DNA from: Octopus vulgaris
Taxonomy: Eukaryota
Assembly (NCBI GenBank): GCA_951406725.2
Contig: OX597839.1
Location: forward strand, 25,668,001 to 25,732,000
DNA: 64,000 bases
Direction of reading: 5' to 3'
Shown: in pieces, positions 12,822 through 25,635 of the stretch
How positions within the stretch are numbered: the first letter of the stretch is position 1
Layout: each line of letters begins with the position of its first letter
Made by a program: the position numbers and the translations under genes
Notes under the pieces: model-generated
Databases searched by the model: none
Seen by the model: only the letters and a program-made list of their open reading frames with translations
What the model was told of the DNA's origin: nothing

Positions 12822-13053
12822 AAGGCGGCGAGCTGGCAGAAACGGTAGCACACCGGGCAAAATGCGTAGTCGTATTTCGTCTGCCGTTACGTTCTGAGTT
12901 CAAATTCCACCGAGGTTGACTTTGCCTTTCATCCTTTCGGGGTCGATAAATTAAGTACCAGTTACGCACTGGGGTCGATGGAATCGACTTAATCGCTTTG
13001 TCTGTCCTTGTTTGTCCCCTCTGTGTTTAGCTCCTTGTGGGTAGTAAAGAAAT
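12822..13053 (+). mobile_element. SINE family B
   Basis: AAGGCGGCGAGCTGGCAGAA head, GAGTTCAAATTCC B-box, GACTTTGCCTTTCATCCTTTCGGGGTCGATAAA core; TSD-like ATATATGTATTA. Confidence 0.9.
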
Positions 13054-13174
13054 ATATATATGTATTATACATTTACAAAAGCAGTGACAGTGATGTCGAA
13101 GTTTCGGCTGGCCAGCTTTCCTCTGACAAAGGATAACAGGCCAAAACTTCAAAGTCACTATCACCCCTCGTCTT

Positions 13175-13850
13175 GGTTGTAAGGAGTTAGCTTCCCATCC
13201 AAGCAACAAGGTTCCGGGTTCAGTCCCACTGTGTGACACCTCGGGCAAGTGTCTTCTACTATAGCCTTGGGCTAACCAAAGCCTGAGGAGTGGATTCTGT
13301 AGATGGAAACTGGATGAAGCCCGACGTGTGTATCACTAAGGAGTTTGCTTCCCATCCACAAGGTTCCGGGTTCAATCCCACTGTGTGACACCTCGGTCAA
13401 GTGTCTTCTACTATAGCCTTGGGCTAACCAAAGCCTGAGGAGTGGATTCAGTAGATGGAAACTGGATGAAGCCCGACGTGTGTATCACTAAGGAGTTTGC
13501 TTCCCATCCACAAGGTTCTGGGTTCAATCCCACTGTGTGACACCTCGGGCAAGTGTCTTCTACTATAGCCTTGGGCCAACCAAAGCCTGAGGAGTGGATT
13601 CAGTAGATGGAAACTGGATGAAGCCTGACGTGTGTATAACTGAGTGTCAGTGTTTGTCACCCACCACTACTGCTTGACAACCAATGTTGGTTTGTTTGTG
13701 TCCCTGTAACCTAGCAGTTCGATAAAAGAGACCGATGGAATAAGTGCCAGGCTTGACAAAGGAATAAATACAGGGGTTGATTCGCTCGACTAAAATTCCC
13801 TAAAGCGGTGCCCCAGCATGGCCGCAGCCAGATGACTGAAACAAGATGTG
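13175..13850 (+). mobile_element. SINE family A with 5' half triplicated (~155 bp x3)
   Basis: Head block starts at ~13180, 13337 and 13488, followed by one tail. Confidence 0.85.
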
Positions 13851-14148
13851 TGTGTGCCTTTGTTTAACAGGTTTCAGTCGTTGGATTGTGACCAAGCTAC
13901 AGCAACGCCTTCAAGATTCTTCGTCGATCAAAATAGCAGTCTGGTACTTGTTTTATCGATCTCTATAGATCAGAAAGCTAAGTTACATATTTTGTTTTTC
14001 TTACGCCAAGGGACGTAACACTGACAGGTGGCGAACTGGCAGTGTCTATGGAATACTCAGTCACATATATGCTAATTCAGCAGCAGGTAAATCAGATCGA
14101 ACAACAGAATACTCATCGCTGAAAGACAGGAAACCATAATATATAATA

Positions 14149-14313
14149 GGCGCAGGAGTGGCTGTGTGGTAAGTAGCTTGCTAACCAACCACATGGTTCC
14201 GGGTTCAGTCCCACTGCATGGCACCTTGGGCAAGTGTCTTCTGCTATAGCCCCAGGCCGACCAATGCCTTGTGAGTGGATTTGGTAGACGGAAACTGAAA
14301 GAAGCCTGTCGTA

Positions 14314-14372
<59 letters not shown>

Positions 14373-14568
14373 TTGTCCCCCTAGCATTGCTTGACAACCG
14401 ATACTGGTGTGTTTACGTCGCCGTTACTTAGCGGTTCGGCAAAAGAGACCGATAGAATAAGTACTGGGCTTACAAAGAATAAGTCCCAGGGTCGATTTGC
14501 TAGACTAAAGGCGGTGCTCCAGCATGGCCGCAGTCAAATGACTGAAACAAGTAAAAGAGTAAAAGAGA
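14149..14568 (+). mobile_element. SINE family A
   Basis: Full-length copy. Confidence 0.9.
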
Positions 14569-14779
14569 ATATGAGCGATGGGCTTCCGTACAGTTTCCAG
14601 CTATCAAATTTCTCGCACAAGGTACTGGTCTCTCGTTGACCAATACCTTGGAAGACACTCACTCAACCAATACCCAATGTGCCATGCAACTGAATCGAAC
14701 TCGGAACCACATAACTCGAGCAGAACTTAACCACATAGCTATAACTACAGACATCACTTTCCTTTACCCCCATCCTTCT

Positions 14780-15260
14780 TATCTACCTGTCCATCTGTCT
14801 ATCTATCTATCTATCTATCTATTTGTATCTATGCATCTATCTATTTATATCTATCCATCTATGTATCTGTCTGTCTATTTAGTCTATCTGTCTATCTATA
14901 AGTTTGTGTGTATCTATTTAAATATCTATCTATCTATATCTATATATGTATGCATCTATCTGTCCATCTATATCTATCCATCTATGTATGTCTGTCTGTC
15001 TGTCTATCTGTCTATCTATATCTATCTATCTATCTATCTATCCAGTCTATGTCTCCAGCCTATCTACCCATTTCTCTCTCCCTGTCTATCTATCTATCTA
15101 TCTAGTCTATCAATCCAGTCTATCTATACATTTCTCTCTCCCTATCTATCTATCAATCCAGTCTATCTTTCCATTTCTCTCTCCCTATCTATCTATCTAC
15201 ATGTCTTTCTATCTTTCTTTCTTCCTTCCTTCCTTCTTTCCTTCCTTTCTTTCTCTCTCA
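14780..15260. repeat. (TATC)n microsatellite
   Basis: Directly visible. Confidence 0.9.
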
Positions 15261-15826
15261 CAAAACGAAAAACAATTTGTTCCAACTCAAACCACTCGGA
15301 ACAAAGATTGCGTTAGTCGATGATATTGGAAGATTAAACAAGAACTATAAATAAACAAAAACTATAAATAAGAACATAAACACACGAACCTGAATGTGTA
15401 CTAAAAGCAAAGGTCAGATCTTAAGCATTTGATAGCGATTTATTAAGACTTTATTTCTGACTGGTAGGTGTGGTGTTCATTACAGAAACGTACTGCACGC
15501 ACAAATCCCATCTATGTTAACGGTCCTTGGAACATTTGTACTTTTTTAAAGCTACTCTTTCCACCCACCCACCCCAATTTACTGCCGGTCCAATCCCACC
15601 CTTTCGTTTTACTTATTTTTTAATGTTTCTTTCACGAATAGGTGCTGAGAACAATTGTGGTACAGGGTAGATTGTTTTGTGGGTTCCGGTTTAATACTCC
15701 GGTGCAGTATTTTGCTGAGGAGCGCAAACTGTGCAGAAACCCATTGCGTGTGTGTGTGGTGTGTATACACACACATTTCTCTGTATGTGTGTGTGTTATA
15801 TTATATTATATTATATTATATTATAT

Positions 15827-15971
15827 TGGCGTTAGGAAGGGCATCCAGCTGTAGAAACACTGCCAGATCTGACTGGCCTGGTGCAGCCTTCGGGCTCCCC
15901 AGACCCCAGTTGAACCGTCCAACCCATGCTAGCATGGAAAGCGGACGTTAAACGATGATGATGATGATGAT
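15827..15971 (+). mobile_element. 3' end of a retroposon with (GAT)n tail
   Basis: GGCGTTAGGAAGGGCATCCAGC...GGACGTTAAACGATGATGATG. Confidence 0.65.
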
Positions 15972-15980
15972 TATATTATA

Positions 15981-16356
15981 CTAGCAGTATGACCCGGCGT
16001 TGCTAGTGTATGCATATACAGTGTGCTAATGCATGCATATACAGCTGTGTGCGTGCGCACATACACGCAAGTATTCTCCAAATCTCTGACCAATCACATA
16101 CAGCTAGCTGGCATTCAATTGGCGTATCAAGTTTAAGGCATTTTGATTGGGTTTTGGATAGAAAATTCACAAAAAAGTCACTTCTATTGATTTTTTAATG
16201 ATTTTGCAGGTCGACTGGGGAAATGTAAAGATGTGCACGACCACCCTTGGATAGTTTTGAATGACCATAGAAAGTGCAAGCCTTCTAACTGAAAAATTGT
16301 GGATTTGTATAAAGGACACACACAGACAGACATTTTGCCGTTTATATATAGAGAGA
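15981..16356 (-). mobile_element. Non-autonomous Helitron (family H2)
   Basis: Minus-strand A|TCTCTCTATATATAAACGGCAAAATG ... GCAACGCCGGGTCATACTGCTAG|T. Homologous to 28785 and 38195. Confidence 0.85.
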
Positions 16357-16889
16357 TTATATTATATTATACTATACTATACTAATCCTGACATTTGATT
16401 AAGATGATAAAGATTATAAATAAAATAGTCATTGCTCCCTTTAAGAAAAAAAAATCAAGTTGAAAATGACTTCAAAGAGTCGTCCCAGCTACAGCCGTCC
16501 GTCCGTCCTACTGTGTTTTTTCTTCTCTTAATCATTTATACAACTTTCGAGTGCCGTGGACTGAAAGATAGAAATTCTCATATTTTTATGAGATATCTTT
16601 TGAATCACAACTTGATTTTTATTTTGTTTCTTAAAGAGGAAAATTACTATTTTATTTAAGATAAAATATTAATCCGTGATGCAGCACGGATTTTTGTCAG
16701 TGAACAGGTCGCGGATTTTAGCGACGAAAATATTTTGACAAATTAAACTTAAATGTTGAAGTGAATCGAACGGCTTTTGTGTGTTTCTTAAATGGCTTAC
16801 AAACACCTTCCACGCCGCAATTGTTAAAATATTAATCTTTATCATCTTAATCAAAAAGGCAGAAAAAAAAAACTAAGAGACTATTTCTT

Positions 16890-17530
16890 TATAGATGAAG
16901 ATCAGTCGCAATGGAAGAAGTTGAATCTCATAAGAATGGAAAAGCAAACAAACAACAAATATGTTGTACCTTATAATTGAAGTCTTTTAAGAGCATTCAA
17001 ATGCTTCGGCAACATTGAAATCGTTGTTGCAGTGAGGTCAGTTAAGTACGTCAAGTACACGCTAAAAGGAAATGACCAAGCTGCTGTTCAAATAAATAAT
17101 CATAATGAAATTAATCAATATTTAATGGGTAGGTATATTGGACCACCCGAAGCAGTTGCATCCATTTTAGGATTTTCAATTCATAAAAGAGCATCTGAAA
17201 TAGTGAGGCTGCAAATTCATCTACCGGAGGAACAAAGAATATTGCTGAGAAATTATGGGGATATAATATGGCTGTCAATGAATGTCGTATGAGAACAACA
17301 TTGACAGAATTCTTTTCATTGTGCATCAATAATGACTTTGCAGAAACATTACTTTATTCTGGAAGTACCCGTGTATTTCACTTGGAACAAAGAATGGCAA
17401 AGAAGAAAGCGAGGGGAAATAGTTGAAGGACATTTGAACGTTTTCAACGAAGAAACATTCGGTTGTGTTTGTGTTGTCACACCAAAGGCAGGAGAACTGT
17501 ATTATTTAAGAATTGTATTGCATGACGTTC
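16890..17530 (+). pseudogene. Second Helitron Rep-domain fragment
   Basis: Translates to NKYVVPYN, VRSVKYVKYTLKGND, EINQYLMGRYIGPPEA, VRLQIHLPEEQ, TTLTEFF and ELYYLRIVLHDV, with stops and frameshifts. Confidence 0.85.
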
Positions 17531-17691
17531 AACATTTTCAACTAGGAGTGGTTGTAACCCAATGGGTCGCAGGTACATCTAGTATATTTAAATGGTAGCA
17601 TATCTACCATGTCTACATCGCTTCCCATGGGCAGCTTCCAACTTTTTTTCTATCCAATATTCTCCATGCTTTTATTTATAGCTTTACTTAA

Positions 17692-17911
17692 TCCTCTAGT
17701 GTTTAAACCGGCCATATCTGGCCCAAATATTCTATATGTTTTATAATCGAACTGGCAATATCTAGCCCCTCAAACCTAACCTACATTGACATTCAAAAAA
17801 TATACAATCACATCATTGAAACCTCAAAGCTATGAGATAATGCATGATTAATTCAAAACAATTTGAGTGAAAAAGTATTACATTTAACAGAGTAATCTGA
17901 ACACTAAAGGG
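17692..17911. mobile_element. piggyBac-like MITE
   Basis: TTAA|TCCTCTAGTGTT ... AACACTAAAGGG|TTAA. Confidence 0.7.
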
Positions 17912-17913
17912 TT

Positions 17914-18115
17914 AAGGCGATAACCTGGTAGAAGTGTTAGCACGTCAGTCAAAATGCTCAACAGCATTTCATCCGATTGAGTTCAAATGTTGTCGAGGTC
18001 AAATTTGCCTTTCGTTATTTTGGGGTTGATAAAATAGGGACCAGTTAAACATTGGGGCTGATGTAATCAACTTCCCCACCTCTCAAATTCGTTGGCTTTG
18101 TGCCAAAATAAGGAT
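17914..18115 (+). mobile_element. SINE family B (diverged)
   Basis: Diverged head and core. Confidence 0.65.
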
Positions 18116-18341
18116 TATTTATAACATTATGTATTATGAGTTCCACCGTTAGGATTTTCAATTCATAAAAGAGCACCTGAAAAGGGAGTGTACGCAAGCA
18201 TGAACGGGTTTCTGCTGGCCTCGACAGAAAAGACACGATAGACAGGTACTTTTCGAAAGATGTTCCATGTGATGCATGTTTCACCCGAGTTGCACATTCA
18301 ATCCCTAGTAACTCTCAACATAAAATACGGGGTGAACCAAT

Positions 18342-18601
18342 GGATCTTTTCGGTTTGAACGGCAGTTTTTAACATAATTTCTAGGTAATTAAAAAAATTT
18401 TAAACTTCGTATACTGGTAGAATGTGTTTATAGAACATCTTTTTCTCTTGGCTTTATTGAGAAAATTCTATAGTTTGTAAGATATTTCTTGTTTTTTTTT
18501 CTTCAATTTCTGCAATTTCAACCAATCAGTGACGTCTATTGAGGTAATAAAAAAACATTCTGTGCTGTATGAATATGTCCCTTGTTTAAAAAACAGATTG
18601 G
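18342..18601 (-). mobile_element. Partial inverted copy of the GGATC-TIR MITE
   Basis: Reverse complement of ~18992-19253. Confidence 0.8.
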
Positions 18602-18835
18602 TTATAATTGGTTATAATTGGTTCGCTGCACATCCATAATCAACGACATTGTTTTTGTCATATAACGTTCACAGACGGTTATATAAGATTCTCGCTCCAC
18701 TGAAGTGAGTCGCATTGTGCCACATAAATCATGCTTTTGCTAACTGGTTCATATAAATTTTGTAAATGGGAGCAGAGCCAGGCACTTCCTCGACCCTTTC
18801 GTCCTTGACCCAGCATATCTATATTAATATCCCTG

Positions 18836-19253
18836 GGATCTTTTCGGTTTGAACGGCAGTTTTTTCTAGCGGTGTCATATGAAATTGTCACCCATAATTA
18901 TGACTCTAGAATAGATCTATTGCATTTCAATCTCTTTTAGGGTTAGGGTTAGGGGGAGGGGTATCTTTTTTCTTCAGCAATGTAAATAAACCCAATCTGT
19001 TTCTTAAACGAGGGACATATTCATACGGCACAGAATGGTTTTTTTTTTTACCTCAATAGACGTCATTGATTGATAGAAATTGCAGAAATTGAAGAAAAAA
19101 AACCAACAAATATCTTATAAACTATAGAATTTTCTCAATAAAGCCAAGAGAAAAAGATGTTTTATAAACACATTCTACCAGTATACGAAGTTTAAAAGTG
19201 TTTAGTTACGTGGAAATTATTTTTAAAAACTGCCGTTCAAACCAAAAGGATCC
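18836..19253 (+). mobile_element. MITE with ~28-bp TIR and internal TTAGGG repeats
   Basis: GGATCTTTTCGGTTTGAACGGCAGTTTT ... AAAACTGCCGTTCAAACCAAAAGGATCC, with (TTAGGG)3 at ~18937. Confidence 0.8.
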
Positions 19254-19618
19254 TATTCCTGTCTTCCTTCTCTCTCGAACTCTCCAGATCACATGTCACA
19301 TTAAAATTCGTCATTGATGTTATTGATCAAATCTGGGTGACCTTACCTAGAATCGTATTCCATCCGTAGCCATCTCGTTTTCTTGGTGTTTTTTCCCCAG
19401 ACATAGTGTATCTAGGATTACATTGTCCAATGTATCTTTAAAAAAACCGTATGGGCTGATTTGTGAGAGATTTGGTGGTTATTTCTATAGGAGCAGGTTG
19501 AGCGGCCACGAAGAGACCTCCTCATTGGCTAGTAGTAGTATGAGAAGGAAATTAAAAAGTTACTACTACTACTACTACTATTGCTACTACCACTTCTGCT
19601 GCTGTGAGTAATATTAAT

Positions 19619-20060
19619 AAAATTTTGGCAATCTTTCGTCTCTAGTAGACCTTTCCATCGATTTCCATAAAAGAATTTTTTTTTTTTTACATATGGGCTT
19701 GCGGGAACTTTTGAAGTAATGAGAGCGAAAGAGACTAAGAGAAAGCGATTGTATGACGAGGGAAGTTCTTTTGAAGTTACCGTGCATGGGAAGCATTGAT
19801 GTACATGTGTGTGTGTGTGTGTTTGATGGGGTGTGGGAGACAGACAGTATGTTGTGTAAGTGAAGTGCTTCTGTTAGTGTGTGTGAAGAGGCAGAGTAAT
19901 GTGTGAAAGAAAGAGATTACTGAAATTTTTTACTCGGTGTATGTGTATATGTATGTATATTACTTCAAAAGTTCCCGCAAGCCCATATGTAAAAAAAAAA
20001 AAATTTTTTTACGGAAATCGACGGAAAGATCTACTAGAGACGAAAGATCGCCAAAATTTT
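19619..20060. mobile_element. Foldback/MITE with ~100-bp inverted arms
   Basis: 19619-19720 is the reverse complement of 19958-20060. Confidence 0.75.
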
Positions 20061-20159
20061 TTATGCTACAATGATGTTCTTAAGCTCGGCCAACACCATC
20101 ATCGAGATACTTTGCAGCATTTTTTCCGGCTCTTAGCTTTCCAAGATCAAATTCCAGCT

Positions 20160-20475
20160 CTCTGTCTGTCTGTCTCTCTTTGTCCGTCTCTCTGCCCCCC
20201 TCTCTCTCTGTCCGTCACTCTCTCTCTCTCTCTCTCTGTCCGTCACTCTCTCTCTCTCTGTTCGTCTCTCTCTCTCTCTCTATCCGTTACTCTCTCTCTC
20301 TCTCTGCCCGTCTCTGTCTCTCTCTCTCTCTCTATCCGTTACTCTCTCTCTCTCTCTGTCCATCACTCTCTCTCTCTCTATCCGTTACTCTCTCTCTCTC
20401 TCTCTGCCCGTCTCTGTCTCTCTCTCTCTCTCTATCCGTTACTCTCTCTCTCTCTCTGTCCGTCACTCTCTCTCT
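20160..20475. repeat. (CT)n-based minisatellite
   Basis: Directly visible. Confidence 0.9.
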
Positions 20476-20786
20476 AGTTTCATCGACTTTATAAATTCAT
20501 TTTATAACATCTCAATTTGCGATCCGGTTTCAAATCCGTACTCAGATCGTCGATTCACTTTATTCCTGCTACAAATGCCCCCAGAACAAAAGAAGAAAAC
20601 TAAACAAACAAACCGAAAGACTATATTCCCCTCTCGTCCGTAAATTCCAATCTTTTCACACATGGAACAAGTCGGTATTAGCTTGGCTTTCATTTTATCT
20701 TTCTCTTACAAAAACAAAAAAAAAGGTTACATTCTGACGACTGTGGATTCCATTTTGGAAGACAATTTTTAATGGAAAAAAAAAGA

Positions 20787-20930
20787 TGTAGCTGTGTGGT
20801 AAGAAGCTTGCTTCCCAACCACATGGTTCCAGGTTCGGTCCCACTGCATGGCACTTTGGACAAGTGTTTTCTGCTATAACCTGTATGCCTTGTGGGTGGG
20901 TTTTGTAAACGGAAACTGAAAGAAGCCGGA
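20787..20930 (+). mobile_element. SINE family A, 5' half
   Basis: Head through GGAAACTGAAAGAAGCC. Confidence 0.75.
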
Positions 20931-21194
20931 CAAACAGACGGACAGAGAGAGAGAGAGAGAGACGAACAGAGAGAGAGAGAGACGAACAGAGAGAGAGAGA
21001 GACGAACAGAGAGAGAGAGAGACGAACAGAGAGAGAGAGAGACGAACAGAGAGAGAGAGAGACGAACAGAGAGAGAGAGAGACGAACAGAGAGAGAGAGA
21101 GACGAACAGAGAGAGAGAGACGAACAGAGAGAGAGAGAGAGAGAGAGGAAAGAAAGCAAGAGAGAGAAACAGATAGAGAGAGAGAGAGGCAAAG

Positions 21195-21249
<55 letters not shown>

Positions 21250-21570
21250 AACACAGAGACAAAGAGAGAGAGAGACAATCAAAGAGGAAGACAAAGAGAG
21301 AGAGAGAGAGAGAGAGAGAGGAAAGAAAGCAAAAGAGAGAAACAGATAGAGAGAGAGACAGGCAAAGAGACAGAGAGAGACAAAGAGAGAGAGAGAGACA
21401 GACAGACAGACAAACAGAGAGAGAGAGAGAGAGACAATCAATGAGAAAGACAAAGACAGAGAGAGAGAGATGGGCAAAGAGAGAGACGGATAAAGAGAGA
21501 GAGAGAGAGAGAGAGATAGACAGACAAAGTGAAACAAGCAGAGAGACAGAGAGACAGGCAGACAGACAGA
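20930..21570. repeat. (GA)n tract including ~9 x 20-bp GACGAACA(GA)6 units
   Basis: Directly visible. Confidence 0.9.
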
Positions 21571-22089
21571 CTGACATTGGTATAGATTCGCTACAGGTTA
21601 AATATGTTGACTGCTGTGAAAAACCAACAAAAAAGGCACCCTTTCTTATTAACCTTAGCTGGCAATTTTTGTAAATATTACGTAGCTATTAGAAATTTAA
21701 AATGACGACCCGATGACTTTCACCAAAGTAACATCACTAAAGAGATTTAGCAGATTTAAGGATGAAGGATTAAGACTATCATAATCGGCTTGGCACCTCG
21801 TCACTTTATCTCTCTCTCTTATATATTTATCTATTTGCTTATTTTCTATTAATATCTTACATCAACCTTAAAATTTCATTATCATCCAGTCATCAGGTTA
21901 GAAATAGTCTAAATTCTTGTTGGTGGTGGTATTATTATTATTATTATTATTATTATTTTCCCCTTACAATTCGGGTGAGTTAATGCCGTTATCCAGATTC
22001 AAAATGATGGCTCAGACCAAAAAGACGCTTGACAAGGGGGTCACGTGTTATACGATCGGCCATTACAGCGCCGTCTTAACACCACTATC

Positions 22090-22223
22090 AATCTATCTAT
22101 CTATCTACCTGTTTCTATTTATCTATCTATCTGTGTCTATCTGTGTCTGTCTATCTATCTATCTATCTGTGTCTATCTATCTGTGTCTGTCTGTCTATCT
22201 ATCTATCTATCTATCTGTGTCTG

Positions 22224-22258
<35 letters not shown>

Positions 22259-22500
22259 GTGTCTGTCTATATATCTAGCTGTGTCTGTCTATCTATCTAT
22301 CTATTTCTATCTATCTGTGTCTGACTATCTATCTATCTGTCTGTCTGTCTGTCTATCTGTGTATATCTATCTATCTATCTGTGTATATCTGTCTGTCTGT
22401 CAGTCAATCAATCAATCAATCAATCTATCTATCTATCTGTGTATATCTGTCTGTCTGTCTATCTATCAATCTATCAATCCATCTATCCATCAGTCTATCT
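22090..22500. repeat. (TATC/TGTC)n microsatellite
   Basis: Directly visible. Confidence 0.9.
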
Positions 22501-23134
22501 TGTCTGCTGGGGAGATTCTCATTGAAACTGCTTTTGTCAGTCCAGTACTAAATTAATCCAGCACCCTGCTTAAGGGCACTACCTGCTCCAAGAGTGCCTT
22601 TAACAGAGTTCATTCTGTCACAGACATTCGGGCTAAGCCTCCGGTCTGAGAATAAATTCACCCACACCTTTCTACTACTGGTCTCAGAAGTCCTGCAAAA
22701 GGGTCCTGCAACTCGCGATCGGTAGGGAACTCAAAATGATTAAAAGCCATATTCCATTATTCTTTTACATGTGAATCAGTCATTGGATTGCAGCTACGCC
22801 GGTTTCAATCATTGGACGGCGGCCACAGGACTTCTTTCATTTTAAAGTCTGGTACTTATTCTGTTGGCTTCTTTTGCCGAAACGCTAAGTTACGAGGCTG
22901 TAAACAAATCAACGAGTGTCAACGATTGTAGAAAACAAACAGATGCACACAAGATGGGCTTCAGCACAATTTCTGATGGTTTCTTACATTGCTACAAAGT
23001 CACACATTTAGGGCTGAGAGAAGTTTGGTCATTTAAAATGACCCAATATAATTACTAGCAAGTCGCTTTTTCTTCTTTCATTTTTCCAATGTCGATAAAC
23101 TAAGTTAACTTTTAGGCTTGCCAATGATCAAAAG

Positions 23135-23299
23135 TCGATTATATCGACCCCAGTGCGTAACTGGTACTTAATTTATCGACCCCGAAAGGATGAAAGGCAA
23201 ATTCGACCTCGGCAGAATTTGAACTCAGAATGTAAAGACAGAGGAAATACCGCTAAGCATTTCGCCCAGCTTATAACAGTTCTGCCAGCTTGCCGCCTT
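23135..23299 (-). mobile_element. SINE family B
   Basis: Reverse-complement head and core. Confidence 0.85.
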
Positions 23300-23499
23300 T
23301 GAAATCAATAATGATGGTTGATAGAAATGACAACCCTGGCCATGACACTGATAACCACGATGAAGATGTCCTGCTTCCGTATTGGCTGGGACAGCATTTA
23401 TTCATTGTTGGTTTAATCCTCAAATAGACTGAATGCTCAACATATGGCGATTGTTGGTAAAATACAATATATTGACAGGGTAAATCAATGGTGAGGAGA

Positions 23500-24333
23500 G
23501 AGTGGGAGGGAGAGAGGGAGGAGGAAGAAAGAATACAGAATAAAAGGAAGGAAAGAAAGGAAGAAAAGGAAGAGAGAAAGAAAGAAAGAGAATGAAAGAA
23601 AGAAAGAAAAAGAAGGGAGGGAGGAAGAAAGGAAGGAAAGAAGAAAGGAAGGAAAGAAAGAAAGAGAGAAAGAAAAGGAAAAAAAGAAGGGAGAGGGAAG
23701 AAAGGAACGAAAAAAGAAAGGAAGGAAAGAAAGAAAGAGAGAATGAAGAAGGGGGGAGGAAGAAAGGAAGGAAAGAAAGAAAGAGAGAATGAAAGAAAGA
23801 AGAAGGGGGAGGAAGAAAGGAACGAAAGAAGAAAGGAAGGAAAGAAAGAAAGAGAGAATGAAAGAGAGAAAGAAGAAGGGGGCGGAAGAAAGGAAGGAAA
23901 GAAAGAAAGAGAGAATGAAAGAGAGAAAGAAGGGGGGGAGGAAGAAAGGAAGGAAAGAAAGAAAGAATGAAAGAAAGAAAGAAAGAAGGGGGGAGGAAGA
24001 AAGGAACGAAAGAAGAAAGGAAGGAAAGAAAGAAAGAGAATGAAAGAAAGAAAGAAAAAAAGAAGGGAGAGGGAAGAAAGGAACGAAAAAAGAAAGGAAG
24101 GAAAGAAAGAAAGAGAGAATGAAAGAGAGAAAGAAGAAGGGGGGAGGAAGAAAGGAAGGAAAGAAAGAAAGAGAGAATGAAAGAAAGAAAGAAAGAAGAA
24201 GGGGGAGGAAGAAAGGAACGAAAGAAGAAAGGAAGGAAAGAAAGAAAGAGAGAGAGAATGAAAGAAAGAAAGAAAAAAAGAAGGGAGAGGGAAGAAAGGA
24301 ACGAAAAAAGAAAGGAAGGAAAGAAAGAAAGAG

Positions 24334-24372
<39 letters not shown>

Positions 24373-24575
24373 AAAAAAGAAGGGAGGGAGGAAGAAAGGA
24401 TCGAAAGAAGAAAGGAAGGAAAGAAAGAAAGAGAGAAAGAAAGAAAGAAAGAAAGAAAGAAAGGAAGAAAGAAAGCAGGAAGGAAAGAAAGAAAGAAAGA
24501 AAGAAGGAAAGAAAGAAAGAAGAAAAGAAAGAGACAGAAAGAAAGAATAAAAGAAAGAGACAGAAAGAAAGAGAG
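23500..24575. repeat. ~1.1-kb GAAA/GGAA polypurine tract
   Basis: Directly visible. Confidence 0.95.
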
Positions 24576-24869
24576 TGTGTGTGCATGTCTGATAGCTGCG
24601 TGTATCTTTTTAAAGTACATACAGATAATATCAAAAACATGTATGCAAAACCTTCTACAAATTGGGCAAGTAATAAGAGCAGAAACACACACATGGAGAC
24701 ATGTAAATGTATGCGAAAGAGACCCCTAAAATAAGAACAATGCTTAGAAATAAAAAGTGGGTCCTGGGCTCGATTCGTTCTACTAAAACCGTTCAAGGCG
24801 TTGCCCCAGCATGGCCGCAGTCCAACGATTGAAACAAGTAAATTATAAAAGATATGTATGTAACCACAT

Positions 24870-25206
24870 GACCTTTGGGCAAGTGTCCTCTACTATAGTT
24901 TTGGGGCCGACCGAAGCCTTGTGAGTGGATTTGGTAGACGGAAACTGAAAGAAGCCCGTCGTATATATGTATATATATATATATGTGTGTGTATGTTTGT
25001 GTGTCTGTGTTTACCTCCCTCACCCAACATCGCTTGACAACCGATGCTGGTGTGTTTACGTCCCCGTAACTTAGCGGTTCGGCAAAAGAGACTGATAGAA
25101 TAAGTACTAGGCTTACAAAGAATAAGTCCTGGGGGTCGATTTCCTCGACTAAAGGCGGTGCTCCAGCATGGCCGCAGTCAAATGACTGAAACAAGTAAAA
25201 GAGTAA
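24870..25206 (+). mobile_element. SINE family A (5'-truncated), preceded by a tail fragment at 24750-24850
   Basis: Family match. Confidence 0.85.
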
Positions 25207-25279
25207 ATGAAATGAATGAATATAGGATAATGTAGACCAAGAAATATGGACGAAATACCGTTAAGCAGTTTTCTATTAT

Positions 25280-25630
25280 AGTCTTTTCTATTGCAGGCAC
25301 AGGGCCTGGATTTTAAGGGAGGGGATAGTCAATCACATCAACCCCAGTACTCAACTGGTACTTAATTTATCGACCCCGAAAGGATGAAAGGCAAAACAGC
25401 AAATATTCTGCTCAATACCTATTTCTTTATTACCCACAAGGGGCCAAACATAGAGTGGACAAACGAGGACAGACAAAGGAATTAAGTCGATTGCATCGAC
25501 CCCAGCGTGTAACTGGTACTTAATTTATCGACCCCAAAAGGATGAAAGGCAAAGTCGACCTCGGCGGAATTTGAACTCAGAACGTAACAACAGACGAAAT
25601 ACGGCTATGCATTTCGCCCAGCGTGCTAAC
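25280..25630 (-). mobile_element. SINE family B, two adjacent pieces
   Basis: Family match. Confidence 0.8.
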
Positions 25631-25635
25631 GTAAC

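Noticed and set aside
18937-18955. Telomere or interstitial telomere
   Set aside because: Only about three units, embedded within a MITE.
21860-21905. Minus-strand CTGATGA...GAAA hammerhead candidate
   Set aside because: No credible stem II or stem I pairing.
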